This document shows, piece after piece, positions 18,801 through 29,211 of a DNA stretch of 64,000 bases. Position 1 is the first letter of the stretch, and every line of letters begins with the position of its first letter. The notes beneath the pieces were generated by a model, which was not told the origin of the DNA, searched no databases, and saw nothing but the letters and a program-made list of their open reading frames with translations. Source of the DNA: Nocardioides sp. (GTDB lineage: Bacteria > Actinomycetota > Actinomycetes > Propionibacteriales > Nocardioidaceae); the NCBI GenBank assembly GCA_017354415.1, contig JAFMQY010000001.1:28-64027 (forward strand). Reading direction: 5' to 3'. Position numbers and translations under genes: made by a program.

Positions 18801-19716
18801 CGCAGGCGACGACCGTGGCCTCGGTCGGGCCGTAGGTGTTCCACACCTCGCGCCCCGGGCGCTGCAACCGGGCGGCGAGCTCGGCCGGGCATGCCTCACC
18901 GCCCATGATCAGGAGGCGTACGGCGTCGAGGGCGTGGTCCGGCCACAGCGCGACGAGGGTCGGCACCGTCGAGACGATGGTGGTCTGGTTCGCGACCAGC
19001 CATGGCCCGACGTCGACGCCGGACCGGACCAGCGAGCGCGGCGCAGGCACCAGGCACGCGCCGTACCGCCAGGCCAGCCACATCTCCTCACAGCTGGCGT
19101 CGAACGCGACCGACAGGCCGGCCATGACCCGGTCGGTGGGCCCGATGGGGTCCCCCTGGAGGAACAGCCGGGCCTCCGCGTCGACGAACGCGGCGGCGTT
19201 CCGGTGCGTCACCGCGACCCCCTTCGGCGTTCCGGTCGACCCCGAGGTGAAGATCACCCAGGCGTCGTCGTACGGCGTCACCTCGGCGGGCGGACGGGGC
19301 GGGCGTCCCGTGGTCCTCGCCTCGAGGGCGAGGTCGTTGCCGACCACCGCCACAACGGACGACTCGTCGAAGACCGCGCGGGCGCGCTCGTCCGGGTCGT
19401 CGGCGTCGACGGGCACGTATGCCGCCCCCGCGACGAGGATGCCCAGGATCGCGACGTAGAGGTCGACCGTGCCCGACGTGATCCGCACTCCGACCCTGTC
19501 ACCCGGCCCGACCCCGCCCTCCGCCAGACGAGAGGCGAGGTCACCGGCGGCTTCGTCCAGTTCGGCGTAGCTGAGCGTCTCGGTGCCGGTGTCCACCGCG
19601 AGCGCATCGGGGTGCTCGGCCACGGTCGCCCAGAAGATGTCCACGAGTGTCCGGGGCTCGGGCGCCCGGTCACCGGCCGTCAACGACGGCAGCACGCCCG
19701 CCCGGCCGCTGGTCAT
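15850..19716 (-). CDS. Pls/PosA family single-module NRPS-like poly-amino-acid synthetase (A-T-membrane C-terminal repeats)
   Basis: A domain (FTSGSTGTPKG, FDASCEEM, NTYGPTE, YRSGD, SGKVDR), T domain (FFDFGGGSL), then three TM-flanked repeats (LGARVGKGV, LGARVGEGV, LGAHIGRGV). No C or TE domain. Confidence 0.93.
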   Translation of the reverse strand: MTSGRAGVLPSLTAGDRAPEPRTLVDIFWATVAEHPDALAVDTGTETLSYAELDEAAGDLASRLAEGGVGPGDRVGVRITSGTVDLYVAILGILVAGAAYVPVDADDPDERARAVFDESSVVAVVGNDLALEARTTGRPPRPPAEVTPYDDAWVIFTSGSTGTPKGVAVTHRNAAAFVDAEARLFLQGDPIGPTDRVMAGLSVAFDASCEEMWLAWRYGACLVPAPRSLVRSGVDVGPWLVANQTTIVSTVPTLVALWPDHALDAVRLLIMGGEACPAELAARLQRPGREVWNTYGPTEATVVACAAPLDGHEHVRIGLPLDGWDLAVVDATGTPVGPGEVGELIIGGVGLARYLDPVKDAEKFAPMPSLGWGRAYRSGDMVRNDPEGLVFAGRSDDQVKLGGRRIELGEVDDQLLRVPGVLSAAAAVRSTKSGNKLLVGYVTTDGMYDHTTALEVLRHRLPAALVPRLAVVEELPTRTSGKVDRDALPWPLPKTERVTGTLSGSQEWIAEVWYDVLGAEVTAPSDDFFDFGGGSLTAAQVVGRLRERYPEVAVGDLYANPTVASLSAALEELGGTVVRTDRSVVPIPLKTQTGQLAALLPLRALASLRWLAWLMLGADVARPLGGPDWLPSFSWWLVAPAVVLLILPPGRMALAALLARLVLRPVIPGRHPRGGKAHLRLWLAMRIQDELAATALAGAPWFPAYGRMLGARVGKGVDMHTLPPVTGLLEIGDDASVEPEVDLGGHWIDGDAVHIGSIRIGKRARVGARSMLGPGARIGRDAEIAPGSFVSGKVPAGQFWGGSPAERRAKTARGPWSTGTPPAESVWLAAYALTSVVIAALPGVAVVVAALVLLPSVRDAASLGEAVRDGLPWLPFAVIVGYVVLAALVAALVRLWGRGVEAGHHPVRSGPGLRTWATVRILDEARTWLFPLYSSALTPAWLRLLGARVGEGVEASTVLMIPKLVHVNDHAFLADDTLIGSYELGGGWLRVERVKVGKRAFVGNSGMLAPGRKVPKESLVAVLSAAPRRGTAEPGTSWIGSPPAQLRRASSEGDDSRTYDPPRSLRVRRGLVEACRVVPLVLTGALYTGVGITLLSFLDGVGAWTLLLGGPVMLLAGFVAAAVTAAAKWLLVGTHRPGEHPLWSSYVWRNELADTFTEMLAAPWFASVTQGTAALNAWMRVLGAHIGRGVWCDTYWLPEPDLVELQDGATVNHGCVVQTHLFHDRVLSMDRVRLRTGATLGPHSVILPAATIGRHATIGPVSLVMRGESVPSRTRWSGNPIGPWEEPE

Positions 19717-19785
19717 GTGGCTATCGTGCCCACTCCCGGTGAACGAGCGGTGTCGGATCTCGTCCCATCCGGCTCGTGTCGTGAC

Positions 19786-20031
19786 CTAGAGGATCAGCGT
19801 CCCCTCCGAGATCGCGGCGGCGATCTTCTGCAGGTTCCGGTCGTCCAGCTGGGCGGCGGGCAGACGCCCTTTGAACCTGGTGACGAGGACCTCGTGGACC
19901 TGTCTCGCGTCCTGGCCGCGCATCTCGTCGTTCACCCCCCGGATCATCTCGCGCTCCATCTGGGCCAACGCCGTGTCGTAGCTGGCCTTGGTCGAGGGCG
20001 GGGAGTCAAGCTGCCAGGGGTCGAGAGGCAT
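19786..20031 (-). CDS. Hypothetical 81-aa protein, paralogue of 25649..25894
   Basis: AGGAGG RBS. Manual ungapped alignment with the 25649 protein gives 37/81 identities. Confidence 0.75.
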   Translation of the reverse strand: MPLDPWQLDSPPSTKASYDTALAQMEREMIRGVNDEMRGQDARQVHEVLVTRFKGRLPAAQLDDRNLQKIAAAISEGTLIL

Positions 20032-20304
20032 CGGGGAAGTCCTCCTGGACACGCGGGGACTCCCAGGGTAGAGCGCTCTCACGCGGACGGAAAGCCCCCG
20101 TCTCGCGAGCCCGGTGGCCCGACCAGAGCCCCCACCAGGGCATCGACTCGAGAGTGCCTGAGACGGAGCGATGCCCCAGCGCTCGGGACACCGGGGCATC
20201 GCAGGAGCAGTCTCCCCACCTGCCCGTTGCCGGCACAAGACCCGGCACGGCCACGAGATCCGGCGATCCCGGTCGGGAAGTGCCGGAGACCGGATGTTCA
20301 CCTC

Positions 20305-20652
20305 ATGGCAGTGCTGACGTCACCCTCCGGTGACACTGTCGTCACCGTGTCGAGCGCCTGGACGGTCGCCTCGGACCGTGTGGCCCGACTGGTGATGCCC
20401 ACCGCCTATCGACTCGGGCGCGCACACCAGGTCGGTCGACCGCGTGTGGTCCCCGAGAAGTACGGTCACGCGGTCGTGCCCGGGGGGAACGAGACTCTGT
20501 GCGGGCGGGCCGTCGGCCAGCTGCACCGCTTCGACACGATGCTGTTCGAGGCGCTCGGTCACCACCTGCGCTGCCCCGACTGCGATGCCCTCGCCGGTCG
20601 TCCACATGCCGCTCCCGTCGTCGGACGCCGCGCAGCCCCTCCAGGAGCTTGA
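20305..20652 (+). CDS. Hypothetical 115-aa protein with putative Zn-binding motif
   Basis: HAVVPG...TLCG...RCPDC (H, C, CxxC). This is the C-terminal part of the long shadow ORF 15952..20652. Confidence 0.55.
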   Translation: MAVLTSPSGDTVVTVSSAWTVASDRVARLVMPTAYRLGRAHQVGRPRVVPEKYGHAVVPGGNETLCGRAVGQLHRFDTMLFEALGHHLRCPDCDALAGRPHAAPVVGRRAAPPGA

Positions 20653-20775
20653 CGGACGTCTGCCGGAGGCCCGTGATCATCTCGCGCGCGGGTCCAGGGG
20701 ACGGAACAGGGTGGCTCATGAGTGCCACGCGACGGCAGAGTCGGGATCCCACCCCCATCACACCAGGAGAGAACC

Positions 20776-20911
20776 ATGCCCACGCCTCACTTCCACCGGA
20801 CGACGACCTCAACTCCCGAGCAGTTCGCCCGGGACCACCGACTTCGGGCCCGGGTGCTCGAAGCCGTTCAGCAGCCACGGTCGGCGACCGGGACCGCCTA
20901 GGAGCGCGTAG
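20776..20911 (+). pseudogene. Frameshifted, truncated remnant of a small SRPBCC-like gene
   Basis: AGGAGAG RBS then MPTPHFHRTTTSTPEQF, continuing in another frame as TDFGPGCSKPF. Resembles an actinobacterial N-terminus recalled as HxHxTTTxTPEQF...TDFGPGRS. Confidence 0.45.
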
Positions 20912-22297
<1,386 letters not shown>

Positions 22298-22303
22298 CCT
22301 GGA

Positions 22304-22975
22304 TCACACCGGGAAGTCCGTCGGCCAGCCGTGCTCGGTGAGGTAGCGACGTACCCGCTCGATGTCCTCCTCCGACGGTAGCTCCGCGGTCACCTCGGTG
22401 ATCGCGGTGCCGACGTCGACCCGGTCGACGGGCCAGGTGCCCTGCTCGACCAGGCCACGCCCTACTCCGGCCACCTCGGCGTCGGTGAGTCGCCGACGCA
22501 GCAGTGCGATGAGCGGGATGAAGTCCTGCCTGGGCAGTCCGGTCGGGTAGCCCGTGCGCAGCCACTCGACGACCCGGGCCACGACGCCGGCGCGCACCTG
22601 TGACGACTCGGCGGCCAGGGAGTCTTCCATGGAGTGGCCGTGCTCCGGTGACCACAGCGGCCAGCCGGCGGCGGCCAGCCGGGACGACACCCGTACGACG
22701 TCCTCGGGCAGGGCTGGGCCCTTGAGGACGTCCTCGATGCGCTCCTCGACCATGGCCCTGGTGATGATGGTGTGCTCGGAGTCGACCTCGTCCGACAGTG
22801 CCCGGACGACCCGGTCGAGCTCGGTGGGAGTCAGCGCCCGACGCAGGATGCCGAGCAGCGCGACGTAGTCCTGTTGCGGGACACCGTCCGGATAGCCCGC
22901 TCGCAGCCAGCTGACGATGCGGGTGATGAGGCCGTCCCGCTGCGGCGATCCGGCCGAGTCTGGTGCGGGATCCAT
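22304..22975 (-). CDS. Tandem two-domain DUF3349 protein
   Basis: Two copies of RIV/VVxWLRxGYPxGxPxxDxxxLxxxLRRxLT...RLxxxGWP. Confidence 0.85.
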   Translation of the reverse strand: MDPAPDSAGSPQRDGLITRIVSWLRAGYPDGVPQQDYVALLGILRRALTPTELDRVVRALSDEVDSEHTIITRAMVEERIEDVLKGPALPEDVVRVSSRLAAAGWPLWSPEHGHSMEDSLAAESSQVRAGVVARVVEWLRTGYPTGLPRQDFIPLIALLRRRLTDAEVAGVGRGLVEQGTWPVDRVDVGTAITEVTAELPSEEDIERVRRYLTEHGWPTDFPV

Positions 22976-22986
22976 ACGGAGCCCCG

Positions 22987-23292
22987 TCAGCTCTTGGGGA
23001 CCAGCGTCGGGTAGACGTGCTCGAAGCTGACCTGCTTGCCGAGCCCGGCCGCGACGATGATGGTGATCCCGATGGCGACGGCCGCCACGACCAGGGCGAA
23101 ACAGACGACGGCGATGACGCGGTTGACGACCGGTGGGACAGGCGAGCGGACGCCCACCTCGGCCGCGCCCTGGGGGTTGTTCGCGATGATCATCGAGCGG
23201 ACCCCGACCGCGAACAGCGCGGGCAGGCCGGCACCCAGGACCAGGCCCCAGATGGAGACCTTCAGGGCTGCGTCGTAGAACAGATGCCACAT
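22987..23292 (-). CDS. Small membrane protein associated with the PiT transporter
   Basis: Two TM segments (LVLGAGLPALFAVGVR; VCFALVVAAVAIGI), located between pit and DUF3349. Confidence 0.75.
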   Translation of the reverse strand: MWHLFYDAALKVSIWGLVLGAGLPALFAVGVRSMIIANNPQGAAEVGVRSPVPPVVNRVIAVVCFALVVAAVAIGITIIVAAGLGKQVSFEHVYPTLVPKS

Positions 23293-23301
23293 GGCGTTCT
23301 C

Positions 23302-24513
23302 CTAGACCGGCGCCGCCGTGCGAGCCGACGGCATGCCTTCCCACTCGTCGTTGACATTCTCGTGGGTGATGGGTGCCAGCCGCGAGCGCATCCACATGAA
23401 GCCGCTGAGCGCGAGCAGGATCGCGACGATCAGCAACGCACCGGCAGCGCCGCCGACCACGTCGGAGATCCACCACATCGCCGCACCGGCGACCCCGGCG
23501 CACGGCATCGTGATCAACCAGGCAACGGCCATCCGGCCGGCCACGGCCCAGCGGACCTCTGCACCGGGACGCCCCAGGCCACTGCCCAGGACCGACCCGG
23601 TCGCGACCTGGGTCGTGGACAGCGCGAAACCGAGATGACTCGAGGCGAGTATGACCGCGGCCGACGAGCTCTCCGCTGACATGCCCTGGGGGGAGCTGAT
23701 CTCGACCAGGCCCTTGCCCACGGTGCGGATGATGCGCCACCCGCCGAGGTAGGTCCCGAGTGCGATCGCCAACGCGCAGCAGACCTTCACCCAGAAGGGG
23801 ATGGCACCCAGGTCGGTCCAGTGCCCGCTCGCGATCAGCGCCAACGTGATCACGCCCATCGTCTTCTGTGCGTCGTTCGTGCCGTGCGCGAGTGAGACGA
23901 GCGAGGCCGAGCCGACCTGTCCCCAGCGGAACCCCCGGTCGGTGAGGGTGCCCGCGAGACTGCCGATGATCCGGAAGACGACCCAGGTGCCGACGGTGGC
24001 CACGAGGGCCGCCAGGATCGGCGAGAGCACTCCGGGCAGCACCACCTTGCCCACGACACCGTCGAGCGTCGAGCCGTCGCCGGTCCAGTTGACACCCGAC
24101 CAGCCCAGGCCTGCGACCGTGGCTCCGATCAGCCCTCCGAACAATGCATGCGAGGAGCTCGACGGGATGCCGAGGAGCCAGGTCAGGACGTTCCAGACGA
24201 TGGCGCCGATCAGCCCGGCGAGCACGATCATCAGCAGGTCGAACCCGCCGTTCGCCGTCAGCGACGAGTCCGGTGCCCCGCTGGACGTCTGGATCTTGAC
24301 CACCGCGTTGGAGACCGTGAGGGCGACCTCGACGCTGAGGAACGCGCCGACGAGGTTCAGGCACGCGGACAGCAGCACGGCCACCTTCGGCTTGAGCGCC
24401 CCGGTGGCGACGGAGGTCGCCATGGCGTTGGCGGTGTCATGGAACCCGTTCGTGAAGTCGAACCCGAGTGCGGTGACGATGACCAGCACGAGGACCAGCG
24501 TCGCGGTGTCCAC
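23302..24513 (-). CDS. pit: Inorganic phosphate transporter, PiT family
   Basis: FTNGFHDTANAMAT and HGTNDAQKTMG signatures, IPSSSSHAL, ALSTTQV. Confidence 0.93.
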   Translation of the reverse strand: MDTATLVLVLVIVTALGFDFTNGFHDTANAMATSVATGALKPKVAVLLSACLNLVGAFLSVEVALTVSNAVVKIQTSSGAPDSSLTANGGFDLLMIVLAGLIGAIVWNVLTWLLGIPSSSSHALFGGLIGATVAGLGWSGVNWTGDGSTLDGVVGKVVLPGVLSPILAALVATVGTWVVFRIIGSLAGTLTDRGFRWGQVGSASLVSLAHGTNDAQKTMGVITLALIASGHWTDLGAIPFWVKVCCALAIALGTYLGGWRIIRTVGKGLVEISSPQGMSAESSSAAVILASSHLGFALSTTQVATGSVLGSGLGRPGAEVRWAVAGRMAVAWLITMPCAGVAGAAMWWISDVVGGAAGALLIVAILLALSGFMWMRSRLAPITHENVNDEWEGMPSARTAAPV

Positions 24514-24610
24514 GTCTTCGAGTCTCCGGCCGGCGGCACGCGGCAGCAATCGACGGGACCGGCTCCTGCCGCAGATTCATCCGATGTTCACCCGCTGGTG
24601 GTGTGCCGGG

Positions 24611-25501
24611 TCAGTCTCCGACGGAGTCGCGGGCGCGCTGCACGATCGAGCGGTCGAGCTGTCCGATCGCGTCCTCGTCCTTGTCGTCGTAGTCGAAGCG
24701 CGACAGGAAGTAGCGCATCGCGTTGAGCCGTGCCCGCTTCTTGTCGTTGCTCTTCACCGTGGTCCACGGCGCCCATTCGGTGTCGGTACGCCGGATCATC
24801 GCCTCCTTGGCCGCGGTGTACTCGTCCCACTTGTCCAAGGACTCGAGGTCGATCGGCGACAGCTTCCACCGCCGGACGGGGTCGACCTGTCGGATGATGA
24901 ACCGCGTCCGCTGCTCGGACTGGGTCACCGAGAACCAGAACTTCGTCAGGGAGATACCGGCGTCGACGAGCATCCGCTCGAACAGGGGGACCTGCGCCAT
25001 GAACTGCTCGTACTCGGCGTCGTTGGCGAAGCCCATCACGCGCTCGACGCCCGCGCGGTTGTACCAGGAGCGGTCGAACAGCACCATCTCCCCAGCCGTG
25101 GGCAGATAGGGCACGTACCGCTGGAAGTACCACTGGGCCTGCTCCCGGTCGCTCGGCTTCGTCAACGCGACCACCCGCGCATAGCGGGGGTTCAGGTGCT
25201 CCATGAAGCGCTTGATGGTTCCGCCCTTGCCGGCGGCGTCGCGGCCCTCGAAGAGGAGCACGTGCTTGGTCTGCGTTGCGGAGGCCCAGTTCTGGAACTT
25301 CAACAGTTCGACCTGTAGCAGGTACTTGGCGACGTCGTACTCCTCGCGCGCCATCCGCTCGTGGTACGGGTAGTTCTCCCGCCAGGTGTCGACCGCACGG
25401 CCATGGGGGTCGATCAGCAGCGGGTCGTCGTCATGGTCCTCGCCGATCGTGTATCCCTCGATCTGCAGTCGGTCGATGTACTCCCTGACGTCGTCCAGCA
25501 C
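24611..25501 (-). CDS. ppk2: Polyphosphate kinase 2
   Basis: FEGRDAAGKGG (Walker A), FDRSWYNRAGVERVMGF, WKLSPID. Confidence 0.95.
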   Translation of the reverse strand: MLDDVREYIDRLQIEGYTIGEDHDDDPLLIDPHGRAVDTWRENYPYHERMAREEYDVAKYLLQVELLKFQNWASATQTKHVLLFEGRDAAGKGGTIKRFMEHLNPRYARVVALTKPSDREQAQWYFQRYVPYLPTAGEMVLFDRSWYNRAGVERVMGFANDAEYEQFMAQVPLFERMLVDAGISLTKFWFSVTQSEQRTRFIIRQVDPVRRWKLSPIDLESLDKWDEYTAAKEAMIRRTDTEWAPWTTVKSNDKKRARLNAMRYFLSRFDYDDKDEDAIGQLDRSIVQRARDSVGD

Positions 25502-25648
25502 GTGGGCAGCGTACGGCGGGAGGCTGAGCGCGGGTCAACCATGCGCTGGACCGTCACGGATGGGGTTGCCGGAATCGGCCGGGACCTTCCGAGCGCTCGG
25601 CTGCGGTGCCATGATTGAACGCTCAAGCAGCCTTCCCCAGGAGCAGCC

Positions 25649-25894
25649 ATGAGCCTGAACCCCTCGCCGGCGGATCCGATCCGCCGCCCTCGCGGCACCT
25701 ACGACTCTGCCATGGCGAAGCTCGAGCAGGACACGATCCGCAGCGTCAACTACGACATGAGTGGTCAGAACGTCGAGCGGGTCCACGCTGTCCTGATGGC
25801 CAGGTTCAACGCGAGGCTGCCGGGCGTCGCGCTGGACCATGCCAACCTCCTGAAGGTCGCGGCAGCGATCTCGGCCGGCACCTACCCGGCGTAG
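25649..25894 (+). CDS. Hypothetical 81-aa protein, paralogue of 19786..20031
   Basis: AGGAG RBS. Shares YDxAxAxxE, IRxVN, RLP and NLxKxAAAISxGT with the paralogue. Confidence 0.75.
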   Translation: MSLNPSPADPIRRPRGTYDSAMAKLEQDTIRSVNYDMSGQNVERVHAVLMARFNARLPGVALDHANLLKVAAAISAGTYPA

Positions 25895-26095
25895 GAACGG
25901 CGAAGGGTCGTCGGCACGCTTCTCGGCTGCCACCACGAGGCGGGGTGGACGACGAGGGTCTTCCGCTTCGCGGCGGCGCGCCCACCCCCACGACCGGTGG
26001 TAACTTGAGGGCTTCCCAAGGGGCGGTGCCCGGCGCTGCAGATGCTCCTCGCGACCGGGGTCTCGGTCTGCTCGTCGGCGCGGGGGTGTCTTTCG

Positions 26096-26806
26096 ATGAG
26101 GCGGACGATCACGGCGGTGCCGCAGCCCGAGCAGGGTGTCAGGCACTTTGCACGGTGGGTCGCCGCTGAGTGTCCCGAGGGCGCCCGGGTCCTCAACGTC
26201 GGAGCGGGCTGCAACCTGTCAGGAGAGCTCCCGGCTGTGAGGAGACGGGCGGCCGTCCTCGTCGGCGTCGATCCGGACGACTCCATCGCCGACAACCCCA
26301 CCCTCGACCAGAGTCACCGCTCGACAGTGCAGGACTTCGCAGCAGCGCACGAGGCCGAGTTCGACCTCGCCTTCTCGGTCTTCGTGCTCGAGCACGTCAG
26401 CGACCCGGCGGGTTTCACCGAAGCGTGCGCGCGGGTGCTCAAGCCCGGGCATGCCTTCATGGCCATGACGGTGAACCTGTGGCACTACTTCGGGCTGACC
26501 TCATGGCTGGCGAACCGCCTCGGGGTCGCCGACGCACTGCTTGCGCGGGTGCGGGCGGCCGAGCAGGTCGAGGAGTACCACTTCCCGATCGAGTACCGCC
26601 TGAACTCCATCACCGCGATCACCCGCCATCTCGAGTCCGCCGGGTTCGCCGCGGTGGAGTTCCGCTGCTGGGACCTGCCGAGCATGTACCAGTCCTACCT
26701 GCCCGCGCGCGCCGGCGCGTTCGCGCGGCACTACAACCGGTGCGTGTACGCCGTCGGATCGCCACATCTGATGGGTCACATCACCTTCAAGGCGACCCGT
26801 GCGTGA
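26096..26806 (+). CDS. Class I SAM-dependent methyltransferase
   Basis: VLNVGAG motif I, LVGVDP, FDLAFSVFVLEHV, RVLKPG. Confidence 0.85.
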   Translation: MRRTITAVPQPEQGVRHFARWVAAECPEGARVLNVGAGCNLSGELPAVRRRAAVLVGVDPDDSIADNPTLDQSHRSTVQDFAAAHEAEFDLAFSVFVLEHVSDPAGFTEACARVLKPGHAFMAMTVNLWHYFGLTSWLANRLGVADALLARVRAAEQVEEYHFPIEYRLNSITAITRHLESAGFAAVEFRCWDLPSMYQSYLPARAGAFARHYNRCVYAVGSPHLMGHITFKATRA

Positions 26807-26823
26807 CGCCCGCGTCGTAGGTC

Positions 26824-27036
26824 CTAGGAGAAGGCGCACCCGACACGGACGCCGAACCGCTTGAGGATCAGCGCCGCGGGGCAGAGGCCGGTGATGCTGG
26901 CCTGGAGCATGTTGAGCCCGACGAACGTCGTGAGCAGGAGCCACCAGGGGGAGACGAAGGCGGCGAGCACGACGCTGGTCAGGATGACGAAGGCGGCGAT
27001 CAGCAGGACGCCGCGGTCGAGGTTGAAGCCGTTCAT
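26824..27036 (-). CDS. DUF2892 (YgaP-like) small membrane protein
   Basis: NLDRGV, WWLLLTTFVGLNMLQASITGLCP. Confidence 0.88.
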   Translation of the reverse strand: MNGFNLDRGVLLIAAFVILTSVVLAAFVSPWWLLLTTFVGLNMLQASITGLCPAALILKRFGVRVGCAFS

Positions 27037-27054
27037 GGCGATTTCCTTTCCGGC

Positions 27055-29211
27055 TCAGTGGGAGAAGCGGATCGAGGGCAGGATCCGGCCCAGCCAGGCC
27101 GGGCTGGCCCAGGCGGCGCGTCCGGTGAGGCGAAGCAGCACGGGCAGCAGCACGAGGCGGACCAGGAAGGCGTCGAGGAGCACGGCGATTCCGAGGATGA
27201 CGCCCATCTCCTTGGGAGGCAGCGGGCCCGACAGGGAGAAGGTGAAGAAGACCGCGACCATGACCGCGCCGGCGGCGAAGATGACGCGCCCGGAGTGGGC
27301 AACGGCACCGACCATGGCCTCACGCGGGTCGCCGGACTTCTCCCAGTGCTCCTTGGCGGAGGCCAGCAGGAACACGGTGTAGTCCATCGCGATCGCGAAG
27401 ATCATCGCGAAGAAGAACACCGGCGCCCAGGCGTCGAGGAAGCCCTGCGGCTCGAACCCGAACAGGCCGCTGAAGTGGCCGTCCTGGAAGACCAGGCGGG
27501 CCACGCCGAAGGCGGCGGCCGTGGACAGCAGGCTCGCCAGCGTGCCGAGCAAGGCGATCAGCGGCGCCTGGAGCGCGACCAGGAGCAGCAGGAAACCGAG
27601 CCCGAGCACGATGCCGATCACCCACGGTGTGGAGTGGTCGAGCTGGGTCTTGAGGTCGATGTTCTCCACCGCTGCCCCGCCGACGACGGCGCCGGTGGGC
27701 AGGTCGGCCCGCAGCCGGTCGACGGCGTCGGCCAGAGCCGGATCCGACGGGTCGACCTTGGGGACGGCTTGGATCAGGGCGTACGGCGCGCGGTCCGCGG
27801 ACGGGACCGCCGGCATGGCGGCGGCGATGCCCGGGTCAGAGGCGACGACCCGCTCGGCAGCATCCGCCGAAGCGGCCGGGGCCACGATCTGAAGCGTCCC
27901 GGGCGCGCCGGTGCCGAAGGCCGCCTGCACCCGGTCGTAACCGACTCGCGCGGGCGCATCGGACGGCAGCACCTTGATCGAGGGCATCGACGTGTGCAGG
28001 CCCAGGATCGGCGCAGCGAGAGCAACCAGGACGACGAGCGCAGCGCCGCCGTACGCGACGGGACGACGCCAGAGGCGCTCACCCCATGCCTGGAAGCGAG
28101 GGGAGCGGTGCTCACCGACCCGCGACCAGGGCAGCGCGAACGTGTTGATGCGGGTGTCGAGCTTGCCCAGCACCAGCGGGAGCAGGGTGAGCGTGGCGCC
28201 GAGGACGAAGATGACTGCGAGCATGATGCCGCCGGCCATCGAGCGGAACGACGGTGAGGGCACGATCTCCACCGCGGAGAGCGAGACCAGCACGGTCAGC
28301 CCGGAGAGAAGCACGGCCTTGCCGGCGGTGTCCATGGTCTCGGCGATCGCCCGTTCTCGGGTGGTGCCCGGGATCGCGCGGGCGGCTCGGAAGCGGACGA
28401 CGAGGAACAGCGCGTAGTCGATCCCGAGAGCGAGGGCGAACATCATGGCGAAGTTCATGGCCCAGATCGAGACCGGCACGAACTGGTTGATCAGCACCAG
28501 GGAGCCTGCGGAGGCGACAAGGCCCGCAAGAGTCAAGATGAGCGGGAGGCCGGCCGCCACGAGGGCGCCGAACGCGAGCACGAGGATCGCGAGCGTCACC
28601 GGCCAGGAGAACATCTCCGACTTCATCATCGACGAGAGGTTGGCGGCGTTGAAGTCCGCCCACAGCTGGGAGGCGCCGGTCGGCGTCACCTCGATCCCGT
28701 TCCCGGAGAGCGCGGTCAGTGGCTCCTTCAGGTCAACGGCCGCCCGGACCATCTCGTTGGTGTCCGCCCCGGCGCCGCCGAGCACGACCGCCGTACGCCC
28801 GTCCCTGCTGAGCGTGGTGCCCGGCTCGGGCGCCACCACCGACGCGATCCGCGGGTCCTGCTTGAGGGTCGCCTCCACCCGAGAGATGAGGTGCTGTCCT
28901 TCGGCCGAGGTGAGTGGCGCGCCGTCGCTGTGGACGACGACCTCGAGGGCGGAGCTGGCGTTGCCGCCGAAGTGCGCCTGTGCGAGCTCGCGGGCCTGGA
29001 CCGACTCAGAGCCGGTGGCCTGCCAGCCGGCGCCGGACAGCGACGCCTCGACCCGCGGCGCGAACGCCCCGAGTCCGATGACGACCAGCAGCCAGATCAC
29101 CGTCGTAGCCCGGCCGTGCCGCAGGACGGCCAGGCCGATGCGGCCGAGTACGCCGGGTGCGTGCGTTGATTCGCTGCTCGCTGTCAGGGTGGTCAAAGTC
29201 GCTCCTTCCAT
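27055..29211 (-). CDS. MMPL family (RND) transporter
   Basis: Two TM halves with ALGIDYALF and AIAMDYTVF motifs and periplasmic loops. Start placed at ATG 29211. Confidence 0.93.
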   Translation of the reverse strand: MEGATLTTLTASSESTHAPGVLGRIGLAVLRHGRATTVIWLLVVIGLGAFAPRVEASLSGAGWQATGSESVQARELAQAHFGGNASSALEVVVHSDGAPLTSAEGQHLISRVEATLKQDPRIASVVAPEPGTTLSRDGRTAVVLGGAGADTNEMVRAAVDLKEPLTALSGNGIEVTPTGASQLWADFNAANLSSMMKSEMFSWPVTLAILVLAFGALVAAGLPLILTLAGLVASAGSLVLINQFVPVSIWAMNFAMMFALALGIDYALFLVVRFRAARAIPGTTRERAIAETMDTAGKAVLLSGLTVLVSLSAVEIVPSPSFRSMAGGIMLAVIFVLGATLTLLPLVLGKLDTRINTFALPWSRVGEHRSPRFQAWGERLWRRPVAYGGAALVVLVALAAPILGLHTSMPSIKVLPSDAPARVGYDRVQAAFGTGAPGTLQIVAPAASADAAERVVASDPGIAAAMPAVPSADRAPYALIQAVPKVDPSDPALADAVDRLRADLPTGAVVGGAAVENIDLKTQLDHSTPWVIGIVLGLGFLLLLVALQAPLIALLGTLASLLSTAAAFGVARLVFQDGHFSGLFGFEPQGFLDAWAPVFFFAMIFAIAMDYTVFLLASAKEHWEKSGDPREAMVGAVAHSGRVIFAAGAVMVAVFFTFSLSGPLPPKEMGVILGIAVLLDAFLVRLVLLPVLLRLTGRAAWASPAWLGRILPSIRFSH

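Noticed and set aside
20070-20079. AGCGCT-centred palindromes as a standalone LacI-type operator
   Set aside because: Short, GC-rich and likely by chance. Noted only as weak support within the paralogue finding.
15952-20304. Bulk of the 1566-aa plus-strand ORF as a giant protein
   Set aside because: Antisense to the NRPS. Only the last 115 codons look like a gene.
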